Assembly: GCA_963724455.1 (NCBI GenBank)
Contig: CAVRUV010000042.1
Location: 2,468-66,467 of the forward strand
From: an uncultured Candidatus Woesearchaeota archaeon
GTDB lineage: Archaea; Nanobdellota; Nanobdellia; Woesearchaeales; UBA525
Direction of reading: 5' to 3'
DNA: 64,000 nt
The first letter of the stretch is position 1. Every line of letters starts with the position of its first letter. The translations under genes were made by a program, and so were the position numbers. The notes beneath the pieces were generated by a model. The model was not told where the DNA came from. It made no database searches and saw nothing but the letters and a program-made list of their open reading frames with translations. Positions 1 through 10,049 of the stretch are shown piece by piece.

Positions 1-360
1 TGTTCAGCATATTTTTTTGCAGCAGTAAGCCTATCTGGATCAAAATCTCTTGTTGTCATACTTGCGCTTGTATCAACAGTTATAACATAATCGTTCTCAT
101 TAGATAATCCTTCATACCAAACGTGCGTTTGCGCAATTGCAAATATCGCGCAAACAATGACAATTACTCGCAGTATGAGCAATGTATAATTTTTAGTTAT
201 CAATCGCTCTCCAGTCAATCGCTTAAGAACAACAAAATTTGCAAATTTCATGGCTTTGCGTTTTGAATGACGAAGCATGAAGAAATGTGCAATTATGATA
301 AAAGGTACTGCAAGCAAGAACCATAAATAAACCGGATTGTCAAATGTGATGCTTACCATG
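1..360 (-). CDS. vWA-domain membrane protein, BatA/BatB-like (N-terminal part; gene runs off the window start)
   Basis: Not in the ORF track because it is open at the window edge. Minus-strand ATG at 360-358 reads MVSITFDNPVYLWFLLAVPFIIIAHFFMLRHSKRKAMKFANFVVLKRLTGERL...VITVDTSASMTTRDFDPDRLTAAKKYAE. This gives an N-terminal TM segment followed by a DxSxS MIDAS-like start of a vWA domain. It lies downstream of moxR-DUF58. Confidence 0.6.
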
Positions 361-706
361 TCTTCAACTCATTTAGCACGCTGTAAATAATATAATGCGT
401 AGTTAATATTAAACTTTAGTTACTCATTTTTTTCTTATTTTCTTGTTCATCTTCTTGTTTATCTTCGTTTACTCAGCTTATTTTCTCCCACTATCCATCT
501 TCTTTTAATCATTTTCAATTAATTATTAGTTACTATTACTATTAATTACTGTTAGTTATTATTGATTACTATTAATTAACAATTCTGTACATATTCTTAT
601 ACACATTCATATGTACACTCAAATACTAATTACATATAATAGCATATACTTTTTGTGCTCGCTAGGTGCATAGCATTATTGATTTAATTAATTATACTCT
701 AAGGGT

Positions 707-1606
707 TTATGACTTTATAATCTTGCTTCGCCTCTTGAAATAATCCAAAACTGGCATTATCAAATCTTCATCAGTACTAACAGTTACAAGACCGGCTTTT
801 GCAGCATCAAATACACCCTTAACATACTTTTCTTCTTCTTTTACAGCAGCTTCGAAGATTTTTCTATAATCGCCGACATCGACATAAATGCGATCGTCTG
901 AAAATGGGTCCTCCAAAAGGAATTGGCTTCCTTGTTCAGGCAGAACCCTATCTCTTGGATCGCGCAACATAATACCTATAAGATCATACTTTTCAGCTAT
1001 CATCTTCACATAACGCTCCCATCCACGATCCATGCCGATGAAATCACTTACCATGATGATGAGCGCCTTTTGCTTAAGCATTACATCTATACTAGTGACT
1101 ACTTTTTTCATATTTTTTGTTCCGCCGTAATTTTTAGTAGCAGATAGAGCATTTGCAAGATCATAAATCGCCTGCTTGCCAATAGTAGGCATGCTTTTTG
1201 CATTCACCTGATCACTAAACAACACATAACCAACGGAATCTCCATTATCCAAGATTGCTACAGCAAGATTAAACACCAATTCGGCAGCATATTCTGCCTT
1301 GAGTTTTTTTTGGGAAGTAAAGAGCATAGAATCTGATAAATCGACGACAAACAAGACATTCACACTCTTGTATTCCTCAAACTCGCGAATAAGAGTATCT
1401 TTTGCGCGTAAACTTGCACCCCAATCAATCCTACTTGCATCATCACCATAAGTATACTTGCGAAAACCAGCAAACTCCATACCTCTTCCTTTGAGAAGAG
1501 CAGTCCAACTACCTTCAAGTGTTCTAGCTAGAACTTTCCTTTTAGCACGGACCTCTTTAGATTTGAGCTGAGGAATGAGGTCTAAATCGAGTTTTTTAAT
1601 CGGCAT
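707..1606 (-). CDS. DUF58 family protein (vWA-like, MoxR partner)
   Basis: Contains RIDWGASLR and VVDLSDSM motifs typical of DUF58. It sits 20 nt downstream of the MoxR ATPase on the same strand. Confidence 0.8.
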   Translation of the reverse strand: MPIKKLDLDLIPQLKSKEVRAKRKVLARTLEGSWTALLKGRGMEFAGFRKYTYGDDASRIDWGASLRAKDTLIREFEEYKSVNVLFVVDLSDSMLFTSQKKLKAEYAAELVFNLAVAILDNGDSVGYVLFSDQVNAKSMPTIGKQAIYDLANALSATKNYGGTKNMKKVVTSIDVMLKQKALIIMVSDFIGMDRGWERYVKMIAEKYDLIGIMLRDPRDRVLPEQGSQFLLEDPFSDDRIYVDVGDYRKIFEAAVKEEEKYVKGVFDAAKAGLVTVSTDEDLIMPVLDYFKRRSKIIKS

Positions 1607-1626
1607 AGTGCACCAGACATTGGTAC

Positions 1627-2652
1627 CTAGACGATCGGCACTTTATCTAAAATCTCCTTGATGATCGTCTCTGGCTTGATTTCTTCAGCCTCACCTTCGA
1701 AGTTAAGCAATATACGATGTCGTAAAACGTTATATGCAACATCCTTCACATCATCAGGCATGACATATCCTCTTCCCTTGAGAAGAGCATGAGCCTTGCT
1801 TGCAATATGCAAGCTAATGCATGCACGCGGACTTGCTCCAAAAGCAATGTATTTTCCGGAAGTTATACCGTAATTTGCAGGATGTCTTGTTGAATCAACA
1901 AGCCTAATGATGTAATGCTCGATTTTTGGATTGGTATATATCTTCTTTACGAATCGCTGTGCATCCAAGATATCCATCTGAGAAAGCACTGGCGTGAGTT
2001 CGAATTCTGAAAAATCGTGTACAGTAATATTTTGGTTTAAAATCTTGATTTCATCTTCCATACGAGGATAAGTCATGAGGATCTTAAAGAGGAAACGATC
2101 GACTTGCGCCTCTGGAAGTTTATACGTACCTAATTGTTCAACCGGGTTTTGCGTCGCCATGACGAAAAATGGTGAAGGCAATTGGAAAGTCTCCTTACCA
2201 ATGGTTGCTTGGTGCTCCTGCATGCTCTCAAGAAGTGCAGACTGTACTTTAGGAGGAGATCTGTTGATTTCATCTGCAAGTACGAAGTTTGAAAAAATCG
2301 GACCTTTTATTGTAAAGAAACCCTTTCCTTCTTCATAAGTTGTAATACCGACGATATCTGTTGGAAGAAGATCTGGAGTGAACTGGATTCTGCTAAATTG
2401 ACAACCGGTGATTTTTGCTAGAGTTCTGATAGTAAGTGTTTTACCTACACCAGGAATACCCTCGACGAGAACGTGACCGTTTGCGATGAGCGCTTCTAAA
2501 AGAGCATCAACAACTTTTTCTTGGCCAACGACCATTTTACGTATTTCAGATCTTACGCGCTCAAACTGTTGAACATAGAACTGCACTTTCTTCTGATATG
2601 CATCATCTTGGAGCTCTCTAAAGGATTCATCTACTACTATTGACCCACCCAT
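1627..2652 (-). CDS. moxR: MoxR-type AAA+ ATPase
   Basis: Walker A VEGIPGVGKT and Walker B VLADEINR. Overall MoxR-like layout, including the FSRIQFTPDLLPTDI segment. Confidence 0.9.
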   Translation of the reverse strand: MGGSIVVDESFRELQDDAYQKKVQFYVQQFERVRSEIRKMVVGQEKVVDALLEALIANGHVLVEGIPGVGKTLTIRTLAKITGCQFSRIQFTPDLLPTDIVGITTYEEGKGFFTIKGPIFSNFVLADEINRSPPKVQSALLESMQEHQATIGKETFQLPSPFFVMATQNPVEQLGTYKLPEAQVDRFLFKILMTYPRMEDEIKILNQNITVHDFSEFELTPVLSQMDILDAQRFVKKIYTNPKIEHYIIRLVDSTRHPANYGITSGKYIAFGASPRACISLHIASKAHALLKGRGYVMPDDVKDVAYNVLRHRILLNFEGEAEEIKPETIIKEILDKVPIV

Positions 2653-2798
2653 ACATATTCTGTCACAATATGATTTAAATATTTTGCAGTCCCACTCCAG
2701 AATAGATACAAAAAAACAGGAAGTGTGAAAGAATTACCTAAACCCCAAAAGAAACTAAGAGAATAATCTTTAAATACCACAAGGGCAGATATTACTGT

Positions 2799-3488
2799 AT
2801 GAAAGAAGGTGAGCTAGTAAAAGATAGAATGAACCTTCTTATACAAGAAAAAACAAAGCGCGAGCATTTAGTTGTGCTTCGCAGAGACACTTTACGTAGA
2901 ATAGAGTATATTCGTAAAAAAGCAGTCATAGAACATAAAGAAGTCTATTACACAATACGCGATTTTTTCAAGGAATTCCTCGAACAACGCTATGAATTCA
3001 CGACCACGGAACTACGTGCAGAACTAAAGAAAGTATATATCTCAAGTGCCACAAGACAGCAAATCAACGATATCCTCGATACATTGCAAGCAATAGAGTA
3101 CGCGAATGTCCATTATGAAAAAACAGATCTTTTAAAGATATTGAACGCATTCGAAACAATAGTAACACAACTCGTACGAACGCACATCAATACAAAATCT
3201 ATTTGGACTCATCTGACATCATTTTTTATAAAAGAAGAAGATCCAGCAACAATACTTGCAGACCTGCCTGTCGTAGAACAAAATGATGAGTACCATATAA
3301 GAATTGAAGTTCTTGTAGAGAGATGCTATATTGCACTAGAAAAACACCAGATACATAGAGCAAAAGTCGCATACAAAAAATTGCTTGAAGAATATGCAAT
3401 CTTGGATGAAACAAGAAAAAAACAGCACTATCATCTTCTAGAACAAACATATCACGACATCATCAATAGAGCTAAGATGACAAAATGA
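2799..3488 (+). CDS. hypothetical alpha-helical protein
   Basis: 229-aa ORF with an ATG start and no recognisable motif. Confidence 0.45.
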   Translation: MKEGELVKDRMNLLIQEKTKREHLVVLRRDTLRRIEYIRKKAVIEHKEVYYTIRDFFKEFLEQRYEFTTTELRAELKKVYISSATRQQINDILDTLQAIEYANVHYEKTDLLKILNAFETIVTQLVRTHINTKSIWTHLTSFFIKEEDPATILADLPVVEQNDEYHIRIEVLVERCYIALEKHQIHRAKVAYKKLLEEYAILDETRKKQHYHLLEQTYHDIINRAKMTK

Positions 3489-3826
3489 TCTGTTTATTAT
3501 TTAGACGCTGAATTAATTTATCAGTTAGAAAAATAAAAAATAGAATGTTCTAATCATCACTCATAATTAAACGATACTAATTATTAGGTAATATAAATTA
3601 ACAGAAAATACTAATTACAAAAAAAGAAAATCCTACTACTATCTGTTGGGGGTTGAGACTATAGATATTGAGAATATAGAAATAGAACCAAAACTAAATA
3701 AAAAAAAATTATTATGAATTAATAAAAGATAACAGAATAAAGAATAAAAAAAATAAAACAAAAAAATAAAGAATTAAAAAAAATAAATATTAATTTTTAT
3801 TGCTGCTTTTATTCTTATTGTTGTGT

Positions 3827-5713
3827 TTATTGTGGTTTTGATTGCTGTGTATATATCTCTTCAAATGTTTTGTCTACATCAGCTTTCTCCCAACCTTTTG
3901 CAATAAGCGCTCCTCTGATAGTAAGGTCATCGAATCCTCTTGAACGTTCGCCATCAATAAATGATCGAAGCTCCACATTGTTCGATGAAACAGTTGCATT
4001 GTCGTGGTATACATTACCAGTTGACCCAAAAGAATTCCCTGCTTGCCCAACAACATTTGGTGCAAAACCTGTGTTGTGATTAGAGGACATATTTCCGGAG
4101 AACACATTCCCTATACTCTCTTTTAACGCATCTACACTTGAAAAATCAAGCGTTCCGTTATACGCAAGATACCCTACAAGAGCACCGAACACGACAACTG
4201 CCATGAGGATAATCAGCCACCAACTCATACCACCAGAGGTAGGAGCAACGCCATCTTGTGTGTTAGTAGGATCTTTTACGGATGAAGGCTGTTCAACACT
4301 AGATTCGGGTAAAGTATTTACTGATTGTCCCGATCCTTGTGTTTGAGTTGGATCAGGACCTAATGGTACACTGCCGCCATTTCCATTCGTACCAGGAGTA
4401 TCTATTGGAGGCACATCCGGCACAGTATCTGGAGGAGTTGTTGGTAATATCTTTGGTAAACTCACATTAAACGACAAAGTTGCAGTATTAGAGGGGAATT
4501 CTACACTCTTTGCGATCAAGACATATCTTTTCGCGCTCAAGTCTTCAAATACATACTCGAAACTGCCAGCATCGTCAGTAATAACATAACTTACAACATT
4601 TCCATTAGCAGTTCCTGTAAGTGTTAAAGAAGTATTATCATTCCTTAAAAAATTAGTTCCTACAATAGTTACATTCTTTCCTTGAGTAGCGTTTCCTACG
4701 ACACTAAGAGTAGGTACTCTGGACAACACTGTGAAAGTACCATTCTTTGTTGTGTCATCAAGAGTATCTGTTGCAGTAACACGATACACCCCGCTCCTCG
4801 CAGTCATAGACACAGTATAAGTATACAAAAATGCACCAGTATCTTTTGAGGTAATAGTGGTTGTATTCTTTGAACCCGTTGGGCTTACTACCTCAATTTC
4901 AATATCGGATTGTTCAGAAAGCGATCCATTAATCTTGACAGAATCTCCTGCATATACTGCTAAAGGTTTTATGCTAAGACCACCGAAAGTTGTATTGTCT
5001 ACTGTAATATTGCGCAACCTAAACCCTGTCCATGTAGCGTTTGAGCAAGTGACATTAACAGTATAGTTTTTTGCACCCATATTAGTGTAACGCGCAGTTG
5101 TAACAACATTTGTCGGAGTGCTTGCATTCGCGCGAGTAATAGTTCCTACTTTTGCTGTACAGCTAAGAGTGGCACCTGTAGTTTGCTTGTAAGTTACATT
5201 AAAAGTTGGCTTTACTGGCTCAGTAGGAGATAATATTGTTATCAGAGTACTCTCAAAGACAGGATCAGGCTCGGGCTTAGGAGTTATGCCATTATTCACA
5301 ATGATTGTAATGTTTGCTGAATACAATGGACCTAATGTACCATTACTGCAGGTTGCGACAATCCATGATGTCCCGTTAGAAAATCTCAAGCGAAGTTCTT
5401 TACTTGTTGTGACACTAACTGGAGCTATTGCGCTTGAACCGTTTGTAAGCAATGTGCATTGTAGCGCAGTCGGTGCAGTATGATGGAAAGTAACATTTGA
5501 TGTTGCATTCACTGTCGACCCTGAGATAGGACTATCAATGATTACAACATAACTTGTAGGATCAATGCTTGGAGGAACTCCTGGAGCAGATGGAGCAGTA
5601 GGAATCGTTAGAGCTATCGCTAGACTTGATAACAGTGTGACAAAGAATAATAGCACTATAACACTAGCCATTAATGCTACGTTCTTTCTTATGTCACAAT
5701 CTATAGATTTCAT
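3827..5713 (-). CDS. surface glycoprotein-like protein (signal anchor, Ig-like repeats, C-terminal TM plus about 110-aa cytoplasmic tail)
   Basis: N-terminal hydrophobic segment, dense NxS/T sequons and a Pro/Thr linker. TM segment WWLIILMAVVVFGALVGYLAY lies near the C-terminus. The start overlaps the upstream gene stop (ATGA at 5710-5713). Confidence 0.7.
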   Translation of the reverse strand: MKSIDCDIRKNVALMASVIVLLFFVTLLSSLAIALTIPTAPSAPGVPPSIDPTSYVVIIDSPISGSTVNATSNVTFHHTAPTALQCTLLTNGSSAIAPVSVTTSKELRLRFSNGTSWIVATCSNGTLGPLYSANITIIVNNGITPKPEPDPVFESTLITILSPTEPVKPTFNVTYKQTTGATLSCTAKVGTITRANASTPTNVVTTARYTNMGAKNYTVNVTCSNATWTGFRLRNITVDNTTFGGLSIKPLAVYAGDSVKINGSLSEQSDIEIEVVSPTGSKNTTTITSKDTGAFLYTYTVSMTARSGVYRVTATDTLDDTTKNGTFTVLSRVPTLSVVGNATQGKNVTIVGTNFLRNDNTSLTLTGTANGNVVSYVITDDAGSFEYVFEDLSAKRYVLIAKSVEFPSNTATLSFNVSLPKILPTTPPDTVPDVPPIDTPGTNGNGGSVPLGPDPTQTQGSGQSVNTLPESSVEQPSSVKDPTNTQDGVAPTSGGMSWWLIILMAVVVFGALVGYLAYNGTLDFSSVDALKESIGNVFSGNMSSNHNTGFAPNVVGQAGNSFGSTGNVYHDNATVSSNNVELRSFIDGERSRGFDDLTIRGALIAKGWEKADVDKTFEEIYTQQSKPQ

Positions 5714-8700
5714 ATGTCATCCTCCACCTTATGAGTATAATGATAAAATACCACAAATACAATGCTGATAATCACTATAAATGCTAACAATCCCAGCATG
5801 ATAGTTTTTGCAGATAATTCATCAATGTTGATAATAGGATTCAGCTTGGATGGTTTTTCTTGTATGTTCTGCTGTACACTTACAAGATATTTACAACCAT
5901 TAATCACACCATCGACTAATTGCATTCCTTCAGCTAAATTTCCATCAGCAATCTTTACTTTCGCCTGCGCAAGAACTTCATTAAGCTCTTGACATTCAGG
6001 ATGCTCATTTACAAGATCATTTGCAAATGTAACTTTTATCTTTGCCTCATCACCATCAGTCGTAGATTCTATACTGTTAAGCAGAATAAGCGCACTGTCT
6101 TCATAACTAGGCGAAGAGGTGTTTCCAATTACCTTAATCTCATAATTGTCACCCATACGATAATTAGATACAAAAATCTTCACTTCACGAGATTGATTTA
6201 CAGGTATCTCTTCAAACATATTTGCATCAAAAGTAATATTGACTCCAGTAGTATTCGATTCTGCGCGTAAGCGCAACATCTTTAGTGGCGCATTCCAAGT
6301 ATTGTTGATAGTAATTGGTATCTCAATAGTTCTATTCGTATAGATAGTAACGAGTTTTGGAGCTATAAGATTGAATGCCTTAGGAGTCTCCACTTTTTTT
6401 CTTATTGGAACAACTGTAGGAGTAGAACTTCCGCCACCACCACCTGACTGTGGAACAACAGTAGTTCCTGGAACATCAGTTACATTGATCATCACGGTAT
6501 TACTTACAGTTTTACCACCATCAAGATCTGTTGCATTGAATGTGAAATAACAGGTTCCTATTTCATTAATATCTACGGAAAGATTAGCGGAATTAAAACC
6601 GAGCGATACTTGAGGACAACTATCAATCGTTGAAAACTGAAGATGATTTACTTCAGCACCATCAAGTATACCATTAGTATTCAAATCGTCATCAGGATCT
6701 AAAAATCCATCAAAGTATCCACCAATATCACGTGACCTGTTAAGCGAAAGAGACGATAAGTTCTGAAGCAATACTGGAAGCCTATTAATGTTTCTTACAG
6801 AAATGTTCCATGCAAACGACGACTTTTCGTAACGATCATTAGTTACGTTTAATCTGACAATATATCTACCAGAAGAGAATAAATCGAAAGACTTTGTGAA
6901 ATTTGTAATATTGGACCCTACTGATGTTCCGTTAACAGTCCATTCATAAGACGCTATATTTACCGCAAGATCCACTACTTCTGCACCGAATACCACAGTA
7001 GTATTCTCATCAAAATTCACATCAGCAATACCGTCAAGGAATTGTGTTTCATTGGTCAATGCATAAGTAGTGTTAAGCGCATACAATGGTGAAAGCCCCC
7101 ACGGAGTAATCTGTGTGATATTAGGAGGACCTACTTTTGACAATATATCAAATACAAGTATTTTGGTATCAACACCACCATATGAATCTGTTGCATTAAT
7201 GTATATTGTATAAGTTCCGTTATCTCCTGAAGCAGGCGTATATGTGAATAATGCTCTTGCAGTATTGTTTATGCTCGGAAGCGCAGTAATTGTCGCATTT
7301 AGATGACTATACTTTCCAGTAAGATTAGTCTTGAAAACAACTGTTTCATTAAGCGCTGCAACCAACAAATCATCATCTTCGGCAGTTAGTTCATATATCA
7401 CAGTATGTGTTTCCACAACAGTTTGCACATTGGTACTCTGGTCAGTAATATTATATTTCTTAATTATTGGCAACTCGGGGATGTTATAGATAGTTATGTT
7501 CATCAACGACCAATTATATGCACCAAGACTATCAGTTATAGTGATATTTGCAGTATAATTGCCAATTGCCGTTTTGGGCACTGTAAAATCAATTATACCA
7601 GTGATATTATCGAAGCTAAAATTAGATAAATTCGTGCCTACAAAAGATATGCCATATGATGATACATTAATATCTTCAACATCTGTTGATATCAACGATA
7701 AATCATAACTGCAAACAGTCTTTGTTCCACAAGTTAATCTAGGTATTGTCGCGTTAAAATATGGCGCAGTATTAGCACCAATTGTTAAGCGAAGTACTTT
7801 CGTATCCTGTACACTCATATTATCTTGCGCAGTAATAAGGATATCATACGCAGTTACACTGACTTCACCATCTGTTGGTGTAAAAGATATAATGCCAGTA
7901 TTTGCATCGATAACAAATAGACTCGTATTATCAGAATAAGTTATATGATCGCCATGGATTATATCGAGATCAGTTGCATTAACAACATACTTGAAAGGAG
8001 TATTGGCATATGCAACAAGATTACTTATATTGTTGTTGCCAGAAGGTTTATTGCTTGCAACATAACTCATTGTATAAATAATCGGCGCATCATTCACGTT
8101 TGATACATTAAATCGTAGAAGTGTACTGTTAGTAAAAGCAAGATCGCTGACTATTACGGATACATTAAAAATTCCAACTTGATCATTTGTCGGAGTGAAT
8201 ATTCCAGAACCTAGTACATCTGTACTATCATTCGTATCATTCTTGTAAGTAGTTATACTAAAGTAGCTTGTGTTTGAAATAAAATATAACGTTGAATTTA
8301 AATCTAAATCGTTTGCGCTAAAGTTCATCAATACAGATTGTCCTTGGGCAAGATTGATCATACCGACCGGCCAACCAGTAATATTTGTGCTCACATTAGT
8401 AAAGTACGGTCTTCTGCCCACAGGAGTTACATTCAACAAAAATGAGTACGATCCTGTAAGACTATCATTTTGGCCAAGATAATTAGTGCTAGTATCAGTT
8501 ACATTTACAGTAATATTCCAAAGACCGATATTTGCATAATCAATAACGGTTGCGTCATAATAAACGCTAAAGCTCGTACCTTGTCCATTCAATGGAACAA
8601 CAGAGAGTACATCGGCCACCTCTAAAGGAGCTTGAAGAGTAAAATGAAGAGGATAATTCAACTCTTCATCCGTTGCAGAAAAAGTCATATTCAACGATGC

Positions 8701-9417
8701 ATTCACAGCAGTATTCTTATTTGATAATACTGCAACAGGCTTATCATTGACAGGAGTGATATTGAATACTACAGTTCTTCCGCTAGGGTTTTGTCCATCA
8801 GTTGCAGTAAAGGATATGTTGATGTAAGTAAGATTATTATTGACAATATATGTGCTATTAGGAATGCACGTGTACAATCCTTGTGAGCTGCTAGTTCTAG
8901 TACAGAACTCTTCACCTGACAAATAAGTTATAGTATCCGCATCAGCATCTGTCGCATTCACATCAATATTATAGGAAGTATCTTCTTGAACATCGAATAC
9001 ATACCCTATATCATTGCCAAGATAGAATATTCCTGCACCAGTGCCCTCAGTTGTTGGTGGGGAATTCTTGATGCGTACACTTATCTGCTGAGTAATATTA
9101 TCCGTTGCATTTGATAATATTATTCTACACGTCCAATTATCATTCTTTGTTGTCTGATCTGGAGTTATAGTAAGATTATTACTAAGACTTCCCGACTCAT
9201 ATACTGATGAGAAGATTATGTTGTTGCGCAGAATAGTTATATTCTGCGCAGTAGTATCTGCACTAAAATTCCAAGAACAAGTAATGCTATCATTAGTATA
9301 TGGTCCATCTGAAGAATAATACCATGAAGGATTATTCACAAAAGATACTGCACCAATGAGGGTGACTGTGAGCAGAAGTAGAATACTCAAACTTAATGAT
9401 GATGAAAGGCGTCTCAT
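5710..9417 (-). CDS. giant (1235 aa) cadherin-like repeat adhesin, C-terminally TM-anchored
   Basis: Signal peptide and repeated domain boundaries of the VNDKPV / VNDAPII / ATDADADTITY / TDVEDI type. Very many NxS/T sequons and a C-terminal TM segment LGLLAFIVIISIVFVVFY. Confidence 0.8.
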   Translation of the reverse strand: MRRLSSSLSLSILLLLTVTLIGAVSFVNNPSWYYSSDGPYTNDSITCSWNFSADTTAQNITILRNNIIFSSVYESGSLSNNLTITPDQTTKNDNWTCRIILSNATDNITQQISVRIKNSPPTTEGTGAGIFYLGNDIGYVFDVQEDTSYNIDVNATDADADTITYLSGEEFCTRTSSSQGLYTCIPNSTYIVNNNLTYINISFTATDGQNPSGRTVVFNITPVNDKPVAVLSNKNTAVNASLNMTFSATDEELNYPLHFTLQAPLEVADVLSVVPLNGQGTSFSVYYDATVIDYANIGLWNITVNVTDTSTNYLGQNDSLTGSYSFLLNVTPVGRRPYFTNVSTNITGWPVGMINLAQGQSVLMNFSANDLDLNSTLYFISNTSYFSITTYKNDTNDSTDVLGSGIFTPTNDQVGIFNVSVIVSDLAFTNSTLLRFNVSNVNDAPIIYTMSYVASNKPSGNNNISNLVAYANTPFKYVVNATDLDIIHGDHITYSDNTSLFVIDANTGIISFTPTDGEVSVTAYDILITAQDNMSVQDTKVLRLTIGANTAPYFNATIPRLTCGTKTVCSYDLSLISTDVEDINVSSYGISFVGTNLSNFSFDNITGIIDFTVPKTAIGNYTANITITDSLGAYNWSLMNITIYNIPELPIIKKYNITDQSTNVQTVVETHTVIYELTAEDDDLLVAALNETVVFKTNLTGKYSHLNATITALPSINNTARALFTYTPASGDNGTYTIYINATDSYGGVDTKILVFDILSKVGPPNITQITPWGLSPLYALNTTYALTNETQFLDGIADVNFDENTTVVFGAEVVDLAVNIASYEWTVNGTSVGSNITNFTKSFDLFSSGRYIVRLNVTNDRYEKSSFAWNISVRNINRLPVLLQNLSSLSLNRSRDIGGYFDGFLDPDDDLNTNGILDGAEVNHLQFSTIDSCPQVSLGFNSANLSVDINEIGTCYFTFNATDLDGGKTVSNTVMINVTDVPGTTVVPQSGGGGGSSTPTVVPIRKKVETPKAFNLIAPKLVTIYTNRTIEIPITINNTWNAPLKMLRLRAESNTTGVNITFDANMFEEIPVNQSREVKIFVSNYRMGDNYEIKVIGNTSSPSYEDSALILLNSIESTTDGDEAKIKVTFANDLVNEHPECQELNEVLAQAKVKIADGNLAEGMQLVDGVINGCKYLVSVQQNIQEKPSKLNPIINIDELSAKTIMLGLLAFIVIISIVFVVFYHYTHKVEDDI

Positions 9418-9548
9418 TTAGCTCGCCCCTTCATTTTCTGCTCAAGACGTTCAATAATGAAATCTTTCACAGTCTTATCTTGCATTATGGCAGCTAGTTT
9501 GACTTTTTTATAGATATCATCCGGAATTTTAATGTTAATGTTCGCCAT
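9414..9548 (-). CDS. ribbon-helix-helix (CopG/Arc-like) small protein, 44 aa
   Basis: Below the ORF-track cutoff. Hand translation: MANINIKIPDDIYKKVKLAAIMQDKTVKDFIIERLEQKMKGRAK, showing a beta-strand then helix-helix RHH pattern. Its TGA stop overlaps the ATG of the 1235-aa gene (ATGA). Confidence 0.55.
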   Translation of the reverse strand: MANINIKIPDDIYKKVKLAAIMQDKTVKDFIIERLEQKMKGRAK

Positions 9549-9633
9549 CTCTATTCGCCATCGTCACTACCATAATTAATTCAAATTATGCCTGTAAATT
9601 CTTTAAATCTTTAAATTCTATAAATTGCGAAAA

Positions 9634-9759
9634 TCACTTTCCTTTCACCTCAGAAAGGACATCACTAATTACAGTCTTCATTGTTTTACCATCTAGCACT
9701 GCTGCTAGTTTGAGTTTCTTATGCAACTCATCAGGAATTTCTATATTTACATTCACCAT
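9634..9759 (-). CDS. ribbon-helix-helix small protein, 41 aa (paralog of 9414..9548)
   Basis: Hand translation: MVNVNIEIPDELHKKLKLAAVLDGKTMKTVISDVLSEVKGK. It aligns with the neighbouring RHH ORF (NI.IPD...KK.KLAA). Confidence 0.5.
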   Translation of the reverse strand: MVNVNIEIPDELHKKLKLAAVLDGKTMKTVISDVLSEVKGK

Positions 9760-10049
9760 AATATCACAATTGATTCATACGACTGAACACAAAAATTGTG
9801 CTTACTTGAACCATTCTTACTTAACTAACTTAACTTATTTAACTTACTTAGCTTATTTAACTAAGTGTTCTATGTGTAATAAGACAACTAATTTAGTTAT
9901 TTATAAAGATTACCTTTGGAGCAAAGTATATTTCTAATAAAAATGATGAAAAAAACTCTTCGCTAAAACTATAAAAAAAGACTATGCCTATAAACTATTA
10001 GAACATATAAGCTATGAGAACACACGAACTATAAATAGAAATTAAAGAG

